Made by a program: the position numbers and the translations under genes
Assembly: GCA_965212505.1 (NCBI GenBank)
Contig: OZ243123.1
Coordinates: 4,944,313 to 5,008,312 of the forward strand
Reading direction: 5' to 3'
DNA from: Candidatus Multivoradales bacterium
Lineage (GTDB): Bacteria; Acidobacteriota; Thermoanaerobaculia; Multivoradales; JAHEKO01
DNA length: 64,000 nucleotides
In this document: positions 7,756-17,495 of the stretch, piece after piece
Layout of the letters: each line of letters starts with the position of its first letter
Position numbering within the stretch: the stretch's first letter is position 1
The notes under the pieces: generated by a model
Seen by the model: only the letters and a program-made list of their open reading frames with translations
Told to the model about the DNA's origin: nothing
The model's database searches: none

Positions 7756-10700
7756 AGCTGGAAGGCGGCCCAGTAGTAGGGAGCTGCCGCGCGGTCGCCC
7801 CGTCGGATCAACTCGAGCTGTGCAGCCCGCAGCGCTTCGTCTTTGGGCGAGCCCGCGAGGAGGTGGCGGTAGAAGGCCTCCATCAGCTCGGGTGTGATGC
7901 GGTCGGACACCGACCACAAACTGGCCAGGATCGATCGCGCACCCGCGTACTGGAAGGCGCGGGCGAGCCCGTTCAGTCCATCCGTTCCGGAGTCGTCTCC
8001 CAGGGCGGACCCGCAGGCCGAGAGCACCACCAGCTCCGAGCGCAGACGAAGGCCGTCGAAGATCTCCCAGGTTTGGAGCAGGCCGTTGTCGCCGCCGTCA
8101 TCTCGACTCCGGGGAGGGCTCAAGACGATCGCGGAGTCCAGCGGCCGGTGCTCGTTCAACCGGACGTGGGTGGCGAAGTGCAGCACGCGTGCTTCGCGCA
8201 CCGTGTTCGATCTGGCGCGTTCCTCGGAGGCGTTGGCACCGAGAAGGGTGAGGGTTCGCGCGGCGGGGAACTGCGCCGCAACTCGCTCGACCTCGGAGCG
8301 CGTGTACGGCAGCGACTCCAGATCGTGGTGCGGGGATCGGCCGTCGCGCCGTAAAGAGAACGCAGGATCGCCGAAGGCCACCAGCAGGCTCTGAGTGCCG
8401 GCGGGAGCCTCCGCTGGGAAGTTCGATCTGGCGTTTCTAACGTAGGTCGACCCGGACATGGCGAGATGGATCGGCCGCCACTCCACGAGGTACTGAGGTC
8501 GGCTGTTTTCCACCTCTGGGTTGGCGGGTCGAAGCAGAGCGCCGAGCGGCAAGTACTGGAGCGGTCCGTCTGGAAGTACGAGAATCCGTTCGCCACGAGC
8601 GAGCACCGGCTCCAGGGGCGCAACCAGCTGCGTGTAGAGTTTTCTAGAGAGGCGGTTGAGATCGAGTCGCTGGCGCTCTGCGAAATCGGTGGGGCGGGCG
8701 GAGTCCTGAACCAGCTGTCGCCAGGCTTGGACCTGTTCGCGGAGGCTGCGCTCGGACATATCCACGACGTTGACCTCGAGCCCGCGCCCCTGCTCCCAAG
8801 CGAAGACGATCGTCTCGCCCTCGAAGACCGCAAATGCGAGAAGCGCGGTTCGATCGGGAAGCGAGCGCGCGATCTCGTCGAGCGTCAGAGGCTCCGGGTA
8901 GCGGATCGAAGCCAGACGCGGGGAGTCGCGGCGAATCTCCTCGATCAGTTCGCGACGTTCTCGCGCGAGCTCCTGGAGCCGTGAGGTGAGTTGATCGACC
9001 TGGTGGTCGTCGCTCCCGGCCGAGAGTGATGCCAGCCGGCTCTGCACTCGATCGTACTCGGCAGAAACGCGCCCCCTGGAGCGAGCCAGTTCGACGGACA
9101 GGCCCTGTTCGACGATCGCCTCCCGCTCGGCAATGCGGGCCAGGAAGCTACCGGCACGAAAACGCTCCAGCACGTCGAAGGCCTCTGCGGTACGTCCGGT
9201 GTCGAGGTACCCCAAAAGGAGGTCGCGATAGAGCTCGGCCGCCATGGCTCGAAGGCTGCCCTGTCGAACTCCGGCCAGGCGGCCGGCACTCTCCTCGAGC
9301 AGACGGATGCTGCGCTCGAAGTCGGGGAGCGCACCCTCGGTGGAGCCCGAGTCGCGCTCTAGCCGACCCCTGGCAGAGATGGCGGAGATGTGTTCGTCAG
9401 CTCCGGGAGCCAGCGTAGCGGCTCGCTCGAGAGCCAGCTCGAGCAGGGCGTGGCCCGCTCGGTACCGACCTCGCCGGGACTCGATCTCGGCCAGGCGCAC
9501 GAGGATCTCGCTGATGTCCAACGAACCGGGTGCAACCCTTTCGTAGTGAGAGAGAGCCCTTCCGAGGTAGTCCTCGGCTCTCTCGAGATCGTTACGGTCG
9601 AGGGCCAGTGTGCCGACGTTTGTGGCGACGGCACCCCAGTTGGTCGCCTCGGGAGCCTGCTGTTCATAGATGTCGAGCGCCTTGAGGTAGTGGGACTCGG
9701 CGCTCTCGGAGTCTCCTCGGCTGCGCGCGACGAGGGCCAGGCGGTTCAAGATGAGCGCTGAGAGGTGGGTCTCGCCAGCGCGCTGCTTCTCGAGCACCAG
9801 AGCCTGCTCGAGTAGCTGCTCGGCCTCCTGGAAGTCACCGACACGATGCGCCAGCGACGCCTTGTCGGAGAGGTTCAGGATTGTCCCTCGCCCACCGGGC
9901 TCGTAGCGCTGATTGAGGGCCAGGCTCTCGGAGAGATAGCGTCCGGCTGCGGCGAGGTCGCCGGTACGACTCGCGATGAAGGCGAGATTGCCGAGGACCT
10001 GGGCCCGCGGATGCGGCAGGCTGCCCTGCCAGCCGCTGCGTTCGAGCCGGAGGAAGTGATTCAGCGCGCCTCGAGCTAGATGCTCTGCAGAACGAAGATC
10101 GCCGCGAAAGACCGCGAGAATCGAGCGGTTGTGGCGGAGCGCCCCGACCATGTCTCCGTCCGGGGCGATCTCGATCGCCAGATCGTAGGCTCGTTCGTAG
10201 ACGCCCTCTGCCTCCTCGAGGCGCCCCTGACGTCGGGCGACGACCCCGAGTCTTCGAAGGCTGAGGGCAAGCGCCAGACTGCGCGGCGCTAGCGTCGATC
10301 GGACCTCGATCGCCCGCTCGTAGTCGGCGCGTGCGGCGTCGAGTCGCTCCTTGGCGAGAGCCAGCGAGCCGAGCTCGTGATGGAGGTGGGCGGCGGTGAG
10401 TTGCAAACCCTCTTCGTCGGCGACCGTGAGCGCCTCCCGGTAGGTTGTTTCTGCGTCGCCTAGGTTTGATGACTCGCTGAGAGCCGTGGCCTCGAGGCTC
10501 AGAGCGAGCGCTCGCGAGGCGGGCGAGTCGAGCATTGCCAACGCGCTCTCGAAAGCGTGCTCCGCGCGCTCGCTCTCGCCAGCTTCGAGACCGAGTCGAC
10601 CGAGCTCGAGGTACAACCACGCTCGAGCGGCGCTGCGCTCGCGCTCGTCGCTTGCGATCTCTTCCAACGCGGCCGCCGCCTCGGCGACACGTCCGGAGCG

Positions 10701-11138
10701 CAAGAGCCCTTCGGCTCTCAGGAAGGCGCGGCTCCCTCGCTGCGAGAGCCGCGGAAGCGCTGTGCTGTCCCATCCATCAACTTCGACGTGGAAGCGCACG
10801 GCGTGGCCGCTCCTCCAACCGTTGAGGACGATCGGTCCGGTGGCGGCCCCAGAGAGCTCGAGATGAAGCCAGTCGAGAGGCGATTCAAGTGTGTGGGACA
10901 GCGGACTGTCGGCCGAAGCGTGCTCCCACGAGACGATCAGATCGCCTCGACGAACGCCAGAATCAGCGAGGGAGGTGCCCGGCGACACACGTGTGACGAC
11001 GACGCCTTCGTCGATCCAAGGAGCTGGCGCGCGGGCGACGCTCGCGTAGACCGCCAGCGCGACGGCCGCTCCTAGAGCGGCGAGTTGCGACAGGCCGAGC
11101 CTCGGTGCTCGCCTCTCCTGCGCACTTTCAGGCCCCAT
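7668..11138 (-). CDS. TM-anchored PDZ-like + TPR repeat + CHAT (caspase-like) domain protein, 1156 aa
   Basis: N-terminal hydrophobic anchor LSQLAALGAAVALAVYASVA and a PDZ-like stretch GVVVTRVSPGTSLADSGVRRGDLIV. Long TPR array. C-terminal CHAT domain with His (HFATHVRLN) and Cys (LVVLSACGSALG) dyad and the YYWAAFQLYG end motif. Confidence 0.8.
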   Translation of the reverse strand: MGPESAQERRAPRLGLSQLAALGAAVALAVYASVARAPAPWIDEGVVVTRVSPGTSLADSGVRRGDLIVSWEHASADSPLSHTLESPLDWLHLELSGAATGPIVLNGWRSGHAVRFHVEVDGWDSTALPRLSQRGSRAFLRAEGLLRSGRVAEAAAALEEIASDERERSAARAWLYLELGRLGLEAGESERAEHAFESALAMLDSPASRALALSLEATALSESSNLGDAETTYREALTVADEEGLQLTAAHLHHELGSLALAKERLDAARADYERAIEVRSTLAPRSLALALSLRRLGVVARRQGRLEEAEGVYERAYDLAIEIAPDGDMVGALRHNRSILAVFRGDLRSAEHLARGALNHFLRLERSGWQGSLPHPRAQVLGNLAFIASRTGDLAAAGRYLSESLALNQRYEPGGRGTILNLSDKASLAHRVGDFQEAEQLLEQALVLEKQRAGETHLSALILNRLALVARSRGDSESAESHYLKALDIYEQQAPEATNWGAVATNVGTLALDRNDLERAEDYLGRALSHYERVAPGSLDISEILVRLAEIESRRGRYRAGHALLELALERAATLAPGADEHISAISARGRLERDSGSTEGALPDFERSIRLLEESAGRLAGVRQGSLRAMAAELYRDLLLGYLDTGRTAEAFDVLERFRAGSFLARIAEREAIVEQGLSVELARSRGRVSAEYDRVQSRLASLSAGSDDHQVDQLTSRLQELARERRELIEEIRRDSPRLASIRYPEPLTLDEIARSLPDRTALLAFAVFEGETIVFAWEQGRGLEVNVVDMSERSLREQVQAWRQLVQDSARPTDFAERQRLDLNRLSRKLYTQLVAPLEPVLARGERILVLPDGPLQYLPLGALLRPANPEVENSRPQYLVEWRPIHLAMSGSTYVRNARSNFPAEAPAGTQSLLVAFGDPAFSLRRDGRSPHHDLESLPYTRSEVERVAAQFPAARTLTLLGANASEERARSNTVREARVLHFATHVRLNEHRPLDSAIVLSPPRSRDDGGDNGLLQTWEIFDGLRLRSELVVLSACGSALGDDSGTDGLNGLARAFQYAGARSILASLWSVSDRITPELMEAFYRHLLAGSPKDEALRAAQLELIRRGDRAAAPYYWAAFQLYGARDPLTATENRYSPNDTRSTSPSSSG

Positions 11139-11170
11139 GCCGAGGTGTACGAGCCGCGCGCGGCCGCGGC

Positions 11171-12508
11171 TCAGTCGTCGGCCCGCCCAACCAACGCCAG
11201 CACCTCATCGAGCTCCTTGGGTACCGCCGAGCTGAGAATCTCGGGACCGTCCTCAGTAATCAGTACCGTGTCCTCGATGCGAATGTGGAGATCCTCGTCG
11301 ACGATCTCGATGATCGGTTCGACGGCGATCACCATGCCGACTTGGAACGGCAGCGAATAGTCGCCCACGTCGTGTACGGCCATGCCGACAAAATGGCCGG
11401 CGCCGTAGGCCGGCTGATCCTCGAATCCCCATTTGTCGAAGATCTCGCGATTGATGTCGCGCGTCTGCTGACGCGTGGCGCCGGGCTTCATGGCGGCGAT
11501 GATCGCCTTCTGCGCCTCGAGTGTTGCGCGGTAGGCGCGCTCCTGGAGTTCGTCGAACTCGCCCGACACCGGCCAGGTGCGTGTGATGTCCATCGTCTGG
11601 TAGGCGAACGAGGCGCCGTAGTCCATGACGATCAGCTCGCCGTTGGCGAGCTCCTTGCCGTTCGAGTTGTAGTGCCAGATGTTGACGTTTGGCCCGGAGC
11701 CGACGATCGCCGGATAGGCGGCGTGTTCCGCACCGTTTGCGAACATGTGGTGCGAGGCGACCGCCTCGAGCTCGTACTCGTAGCGCCCAGCGCCGGTGAG
11801 CTCGATCGACTTCTGAATCGCCTCGGCGCTGACGCGGCCGTTGTAGCGCAGCACCTCGATTTCGCGCGGCGTCTTGATCATCCGCTGGGCGTCGATCAAC
11901 GGGCTCACGTCGTGCAGCTCGTAGTAGGGATAGCGGAGTCGCATCTGCTCCACGCGCCAGGCGTCCTCGCTCGGTTGCGCACCCCAGGGGTTCACCATTC
12001 GGCGCGCCATGTAGATCGCCGCGTCGCCGCGCGAGTTGTCGATCACGTCGCGCTCCGACATGCGCAGGTAGAGCGGGTGACGACCGCTGGAGCGCCGGCG
12101 CCCCAGGAACTCCTCGAAGTAGTGGGAGCCCTTGATCTCCTCGAACCCCCACCGCTCGGCCGCTCCTTCCTGGTAGAGCCAGTTCCACCCGTCGCGACTC
12201 GCCTCACGTGCAGTCTGCGTCGGCAGGAAGAGCCAGGCCTGACAGCTCGTCGCGTCGATGACGGCGACTGCGTTCAGGTTCTCGTTGCCGGTCAGGTAGA
12301 AGAAGTCGTGATCCTGCCGGTAGCGGAGCCCCGCGAGTGGACTCGTGCCCGCGAAAAGGACGACCGTCGCCTCGTCGGTGATCGCCTCACAGAGCTTCGC
12401 CCGCCGTTCGGAGAACTCCTCGGGCGGGTAGTCGAAGCGGCCGGCGAGGCTCGGGGCGGCAAGCGGGACGAGACAGGCGGCGATCACGAGAAGTTTATGA
12501 ATCTGCAT
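11171..12508 (-). CDS. pepP: Secreted Xaa-Pro aminopeptidase (M24B family)
   Basis: Track ORF trimmed to ATG 12508 (GGAGGA RBS) giving signal peptide MQIHKLLVIAACLVPLAAPSLAG. M24 pita-bread fold motifs (…HGVGMAVHDVG…, …IEDTVLITEDG…). Confidence 0.8.
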   Translation of the reverse strand: MQIHKLLVIAACLVPLAAPSLAGRFDYPPEEFSERRAKLCEAITDEATVVLFAGTSPLAGLRYRQDHDFFYLTGNENLNAVAVIDATSCQAWLFLPTQTAREASRDGWNWLYQEGAAERWGFEEIKGSHYFEEFLGRRRSSGRHPLYLRMSERDVIDNSRGDAAIYMARRMVNPWGAQPSEDAWRVEQMRLRYPYYELHDVSPLIDAQRMIKTPREIEVLRYNGRVSAEAIQKSIELTGAGRYEYELEAVASHHMFANGAEHAAYPAIVGSGPNVNIWHYNSNGKELANGELIVMDYGASFAYQTMDITRTWPVSGEFDELQERAYRATLEAQKAIIAAMKPGATRQQTRDINREIFDKWGFEDQPAYGAGHFVGMAVHDVGDYSLPFQVGMVIAVEPIIEIVDEDLHIRIEDTVLITEDGPEILSSAVPKELDEVLALVGRADD

Positions 12509-12530
12509 CTTGGTTCCTCCGAGGGCAGCG

Positions 12531-14903
12531 TCAGGGGATGTCGGCGACGTTGCCGGTTCTGCAGTCGAAGTCGACTGCCTGCGCAGATCGGGCACACCAG
12601 CCCGCCGTCGCGGTGAAGGTGAACGTGGCCTCGCCAAAGCTGTCCGCGCTCAGAGTTTTCCAGCGTTGTGCGCCGGAGAGGTCCAGCTCGGTACCGGCAC
12701 AGGCTCCGTCTGCGATCTGTGTCGTCCCACCGCTTAGGCCGGCATAGACCGCCGCCGTCCGGTCAGGCCTCAAGTTCGAAAGGTTTGCGACGATCTCTCC
12801 GGGACAGGTGCCCGAGAAGATGAGTTGTGGCAGTGGGTCGAGGACGTAGTCGACCGTCACCACGTGGAAATCGACGTCGGGCATCGTGAGCGTGTTGGTC
12901 GGTCTGGTGGAGCTGTCGTTGTCGGTTCCGGTCCAGCCTCCGATCGCCCAGCCGTTCTGAGGGTCGGCGCCGAAGAACTGGATGAGCTCGCCCGGTACGT
13001 ACTGACGGTCGGGGCAGCCGGCGGAGTTTGCCGGCGTCGCCTGGGGGTTCGCCCCATTGCCGGTCTTCGACAGAGTGAGCGGTTTGCACACCTGGATGTA
13101 GTCGACCGACACCACGTGGGCCTCGGACGGCATGGTGAGCTCGTTGATCTCGGAGGTGGAACTGTCGTCGTCGGTTCCGTTCCACGAGCCGACCCCCCAA
13201 CCGGGAGAGGGGAAGGCGGTCAACGTCAAGACCTCACCTTCTAGATATCGGTTCGCGGTGCACTCCGCGGAGCTGGCCGGCTCGACGAGGGGGTTGGATC
13301 CCTCGCCGCTGTGGTTCGTGCCGAGGAAGTTGCAGACGTCGTCGATCTGCACGACCTTGGTGGTGACACAACTCGGCTCGGAGACGCCCTGAGCAAAACG
13401 GCCGCAGCTCTCCCGAGAGACGTCGATCGTCAGCGACCCGTCTCCCTGGCTGTCGGTCAAGAAGAGGCCGAGCGCTCGGGGACCCGTGACGCCGAACTCG
13501 GTTCCGGAGCAGGGGCCAGAGGGGACCAGAGACTCGCCGGGTTCCAAGCCCTCGAAGATCTTGACCCTCGAGCTGGGAGCGGCGCCACGAGTGGAGAAGA
13601 CGATGGGGCCCGGGCAATGACCCTCCACCGCGAGCACGTCCGCCCCGTTCTCGAACGCGCCCGCATCGCAGGCGCCGTCGTCGCGCAGGAAACCGCGCTG
13701 GTCGGTCGATACTGAACATGGATTGGTGTCGATCGCACTGCTGCCGTCGAGCAGGGCGTGGGTCGAGGTGGGGCCGCCATTGTCTTCGAGGTTGGGGTCG
13801 AGCCCGGTCATGAAGCCCCAGTCGTTGGCGCACGTGCTGTCGTCTTCGAAGTTCGCGCCGCTCGAATCGAGCTCGAGAACGTCGATCCCGCAGTTGCTGT
13901 CGGCGTTGCCGGCGATGATCGAGCTCTCTACCTCCAGGGGGGCAGCGCTGAAGTCCGAGGTCAGGTTGAACAGGCCGCCGCCGACTCCCGTGTCGGCGGT
14001 GTTGTCGGTGATGGTGGTGAATCGAATCGAGTTCGGTAGGTAGTTGCCCGTCAGGAGGTAGAGCCCGCCACCGGCGGTTGTGGCGTGGTTTCCCGAGATG
14101 GTGCTATTGGTGATGGTAAGCCCGCCGACCGCCCGAATGCCGCCGCCGTGGCTCGCGGTGTTGTCGTGGAACGTCGACTCCGCGACGGTTGCGAAACCAG
14201 GTTGGCCGAAGGGATACCAGCCGCCTGTTGTGCTGAGGCCCCCGCCCCTACCCGCAGAGATGTTGCCGGCGAGCGTCGAGGCGACCAGATCCAGGTAGCC
14301 CCCGTAGGCCTTGTAGATACCTCCGCCTCCGCCCGCAGCGTAGTTGTCGAAGAAGCGCGAGTGGGAGACTTCTACCTGTCCATAGCTGAGGTAGCCACCC
14401 TGGCCGATGAAGAGCCCGCCGCCCCTGCGCGCTCGATTGCCGGAGAGGGTGGTGTTGTTGAGAATCACCTCGGCCGACCGGGTGCGCACCGAGATCGCTC
14501 CGCCGTCGCCCGTCGGTAGCGAGCCGCCGGAGAGGGTCACGTTGACGAGTTCGACGCGCCCGTCGAACTCGCTGTCCGGCACCTCCAAGATGCGAAAGTC
14601 GTCCGATGTCGGCTCTCTGCTGATCTCGAACCCGTTGCCAACCAGAGTGATCCCGCTCGTCAGCCGCGGCAGTCCGTTCTGCCCGTCGAAGCTCTCCGTC
14701 AGGACGACGTCGGCGGTCAGGACGACCTCGTCGTTGCCCGAGCCCGCGGGGCAGTCGCCGACCGGCGCATCCTGATTCGCCGCCTCGATCGCGTCGACCA
14801 GCGTGCAATCACCCTCGACGACGATCTGCGTCGGAGTCAGCGGCGCGGCCGCCAGCAGTGCGAAGGCGAGAACCTGGAGGCGCCGCGGCGAAGTCGTCGG
14901 CAT
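12531..14903 (-). CDS. Secreted right-handed parallel beta-helix repeat protein with duplicated C-terminal modules
   Basis: Start trimmed to ATG 14903 (signal peptide MPTTSPRRLQVLAFALLAAAPLTP). Gly/Asn/Thr-rich beta-helix repeats (GGGL…, NTTLSGN, ITNSTISGNHA). Two homologous about 30-aa modules (NGTDDDSSTSEINELTMP…VSVDY and TGTDNDSSTRPTNTLTMP…VTVDY). Confidence 0.65.
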   Translation of the reverse strand: MPTTSPRRLQVLAFALLAAAPLTPTQIVVEGDCTLVDAIEAANQDAPVGDCPAGSGNDEVVLTADVVLTESFDGQNGLPRLTSGITLVGNGFEISREPTSDDFRILEVPDSEFDGRVELVNVTLSGGSLPTGDGGAISVRTRSAEVILNNTTLSGNRARRGGGLFIGQGGYLSYGQVEVSHSRFFDNYAAGGGGGIYKAYGGYLDLVASTLAGNISAGRGGGLSTTGGWYPFGQPGFATVAESTFHDNTASHGGGIRAVGGLTITNSTISGNHATTAGGGLYLLTGNYLPNSIRFTTITDNTADTGVGGGLFNLTSDFSAAPLEVESSIIAGNADSNCGIDVLELDSSGANFEDDSTCANDWGFMTGLDPNLEDNGGPTSTHALLDGSSAIDTNPCSVSTDQRGFLRDDGACDAGAFENGADVLAVEGHCPGPIVFSTRGAAPSSRVKIFEGLEPGESLVPSGPCSGTEFGVTGPRALGLFLTDSQGDGSLTIDVSRESCGRFAQGVSEPSCVTTKVVQIDDVCNFLGTNHSGEGSNPLVEPASSAECTANRYLEGEVLTLTAFPSPGWGVGSWNGTDDDSSTSEINELTMPSEAHVVSVDYIQVCKPLTLSKTGNGANPQATPANSAGCPDRQYVPGELIQFFGADPQNGWAIGGWTGTDNDSSTRPTNTLTMPDVDFHVVTVDYVLDPLPQLIFSGTCPGEIVANLSNLRPDRTAAVYAGLSGGTTQIADGACAGTELDLSGAQRWKTLSADSFGEATFTFTATAGWCARSAQAVDFDCRTGNVADIP

Positions 14904-14923
14904 GGATGACCCTTCGTGCGAGC

Positions 14924-16696
14924 TCATTCTCCAGTGAGAGTTCTCGCCGCCCCCACCGTGCCGCCCTTCGGGTGATGCGCCTTGATGTGAAGGGTGGTGC
15001 CGGCGGCAGCTCGCACGACCCACTCCACGTCACGCTCCGAGTGGCCGCCGATCACGCCGAGGTCGAGTCGCGCCTGGCCGGAGAGCACCTCGACGCCTTT
15101 GCCGCCGACCTTCACGCGCACTGGCGTCGCCCGTCCGTTCGCCGTTCGTACCGCGAGCTCGGTGGGAGAGAAGCCGTCGTTGGCCACCGTCGCCTCGATG
15201 CGGTAGACGTCGCCACCGAGGGCGATGGCTTCGAAGTTTCGAATCTCGAGATCGGGGGTATTGCGCGCCTGCATGAGGACAAACTCGACGTTGCGCTGGA
15301 CCTCCTCGTCCAGGTCCGCCGAGAGTGGGTTGTTCGCCCCGAACTTGCGCCAGCCGCCGATCTCGACGGTGCCCAGTTGTGGGTGTTCGAAGGACTCCCA
15401 CTCCTTGAAGACCGCTCCGCCGAGCTCTTCGTCGTCCCAGCGCAGCCTCTCGTGCTGCTCGATGCGGCCATCACCGTCGTCGTCCTCACCCATCTGGTAG
15501 ATCTCGTTGGCGAACGCCACCACGCCGAAGATCTCGTAGAGCGCGTCGATCGACCCACCGTAGGCGGCGTAGCCGTCGAGACGGCTCGGTCCGCCGTGCA
15601 GGTCGCCCTCCTTGTCGCGCCAGATCTGGCCGCCCTTCTTGTTGCCCGAGCCGCGCGGCCAGTTCCAGTCGTAGACCGACGTTGCCAGGTTGTAGCCGGT
15701 CACCTCGAGGCCGCGCTCGCCGAGCCGTTGATACAGCTCGAGATCGCCTCTCGGTAGCTTCCAGTCGGGTACTGATGGTGGCCGCAAGACGACGCCGCCG
15801 CTCGAATGGAAGTGCTGCGACGCCGCAATGTTCGGGTGTGCCACAGCGAAGTCCATGAGCGCGCGAACCTCGGTCTCGGAGCCAGCAAACGGGCCGTTGC
15901 CGCGCTGTCCGATGAACCAGTTTCCCGGGTAGTTTCGGTTCGGGTCGATGCCCCCGAGACGGTCCTCCTGGTACTCGCCGTCGTCGTCGTTGTCGACTCC
16001 TTCGGTCCACTGCTCGTAGAAGGGGCCGGTGTCGCCGGGCCGGCGCCGACGCATGAGGCGCGAGTCCTCCTCGCTCGCGGTCCAGTTGCCGATCGGCGAC
16101 TCGCGGCGCATGGTGAGCGCCTGGCTGTCGCCGTCGAGGTCCTCCGGTCCGTCCTCGTCGAGCCGCCCGTCGCCGTCGTCGTCCCAGGGCCGCTGCGTCG
16201 AGTCGCGCGGTCGCTCGGGAGTGCGCATGTGGAGCTCCGAGGTGTCGGGGATGACCGCCGGTGCGATGTAGAACGTCTTACGCCGAAGGAGGTCGGCGAT
16301 CTCGGGCTCGTCGGAGGTGAGGAGACGATGGATCACACCCAGCGCCGCCTCGATCGACACCACCTCGTCGGCGTCGACTCCGCCGTCGACCCAGATCGCC
16401 GGCTTCGATTCGGGCTCGCCCGTCGAAGGGTCGGTGATCGTCATCACCCAGAGATCGCGCCCCTGGTAGCTCTTGCCGATCGACTCGAGACTCGCGAGTT
16501 CCGGCCGGTGTTCCGCAGCGTCGCGCAGGAACTGTTCGACCTCGCCGAACTCTCGGTAGCAGTCGAACTCGAGCGCGGGTCCGAACGGGGCGCAGGCGTC
16601 GAAGTAGAGCTTCGGTCCGAGCTCCGAGTGGCTGGTCGCCTGCGCGGGTGCCACGTACAGCACGGCCAAGAGGGCGTAGGGCAGGGCTCGCTCCAT
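14924..16696 (-). CDS. Secreted M14-family zinc carboxypeptidase
   Basis: Signal peptide MERALPYALLAVLYVAPAQA with AAGGAG RBS. M14-like features IWVDGGVDADE and HFHSSGG. Lies 20 nt upstream of the beta-helix gene. Confidence 0.7.
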   Translation of the reverse strand: MERALPYALLAVLYVAPAQATSHSELGPKLYFDACAPFGPALEFDCYREFGEVEQFLRDAAEHRPELASLESIGKSYQGRDLWVMTITDPSTGEPESKPAIWVDGGVDADEVVSIEAALGVIHRLLTSDEPEIADLLRRKTFYIAPAVIPDTSELHMRTPERPRDSTQRPWDDDGDGRLDEDGPEDLDGDSQALTMRRESPIGNWTASEEDSRLMRRRRPGDTGPFYEQWTEGVDNDDDGEYQEDRLGGIDPNRNYPGNWFIGQRGNGPFAGSETEVRALMDFAVAHPNIAASQHFHSSGGVVLRPPSVPDWKLPRGDLELYQRLGERGLEVTGYNLATSVYDWNWPRGSGNKKGGQIWRDKEGDLHGGPSRLDGYAAYGGSIDALYEIFGVVAFANEIYQMGEDDDGDGRIEQHERLRWDDEELGGAVFKEWESFEHPQLGTVEIGGWRKFGANNPLSADLDEEVQRNVEFVLMQARNTPDLEIRNFEAIALGGDVYRIEATVANDGFSPTELAVRTANGRATPVRVKVGGKGVEVLSGQARLDLGVIGGHSERDVEWVVRAAAGTTLHIKAHHPKGGTVGAARTLTGE

Positions 16697-16816
16697 CGAG
16701 GTTCTCCTTTCGAGAGTCGAACCGCGAGCCTACCTCGCACGAGCACTCGACCGCGACGGGGCGCCCCCAGGGGAGCAGGCCCTGTCGTGAGATGAGTCGT
16801 CGGGCTGGAGCCGTCT

Positions 16817-17362
16817 CTAGCCGGTTTCGGCCGACTCGACCTGCACGGCCGGAGCTGGTGCCGCTGGCGGCGGCTTGAAGAGGGTCACCATGCAGCCGCC
16901 CAGGGCCGCGAGCAGGATGCCGGCGACAAACTGCCAGCGCAGCGCGCCGTACCCTCCGGCGGGCGGGTGGAGCAGCAGCGAGACGATCGCGTTCACGATC
17001 GGAGCGCCGGCGAAGATGATCGACATGACGACCGTCGGGCTGCCCTTGGCGCCGAAGGCGAGGAGCACGGCGAATGCGCCGGCAGCGCCGGCCAGGCCGG
17101 CCACCAGGGAGAGGCCCATCCCCTTGGCCGGGAGGTCCCAGCTTGCGCCTCGGGCGACGAGGAGGGCCAGTGGCGCCAGGACCGCGGTCAGGAAGTAGGC
17201 GATGCCGACGAAGAGGAACGCTTTGTAGCGACCGTTCTCGGGGTCGCCCATCTCGAGCTGACCGGCGTGCAGGAGGATGCCGTAGACCCCCCAGGTGAAG
17301 ACGGTCATCAAAGCGAAAATCAACCAGGTCAGTCCCGGTCCCTGTGCTGCGTCGGCTGCCAT
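16817..17362 (-). CDS. Small integral membrane protein (4-5 TM), hypothetical
   Basis: Track ORF trimmed to ATG 17362 (AAGGAGA RBS). MAADAAQGPGLTWLIFALMTVF… is strongly hydrophobic. Confidence 0.55.
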   Translation of the reverse strand: MAADAAQGPGLTWLIFALMTVFTWGVYGILLHAGQLEMGDPENGRYKAFLFVGIAYFLTAVLAPLALLVARGASWDLPAKGMGLSLVAGLAGAAGAFAVLLAFGAKGSPTVVMSIIFAGAPIVNAIVSLLLHPPAGGYGALRWQFVAGILLAALGGCMVTLFKPPPAAPAPAVQVESAETG

Positions 17363-17495
17363 GGGGTGTCTCCTTTGCGAGGCCGTAGCTCGAGCCTCGG
17401 AAGAATGAGGTCGCAGGTATATCACTCTGGGCGGGTGTGTCGGCGCGCTGGGCGGTGAGGGCGTAAGATCCCGAAACCCGAAAGGAGACTGAGCG

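Noticed and set aside
11105-12616. Plus-strand ORF of 503 aa across the pepP locus, and 11253..12188 (-) 311 aa alternate frame
   Set aside because: It is antisense or out-of-frame to the clearly recognisable M24 aminopeptidase. R/G/H-rich junk composition.
15806-16795. Plus-strand ORF of 329 aa, and 16278..17621 (-) 447 aa
   Set aside because: They overlap the M14 carboxypeptidase and the small membrane protein in non-coding frames. Arg-rich, no RBS.
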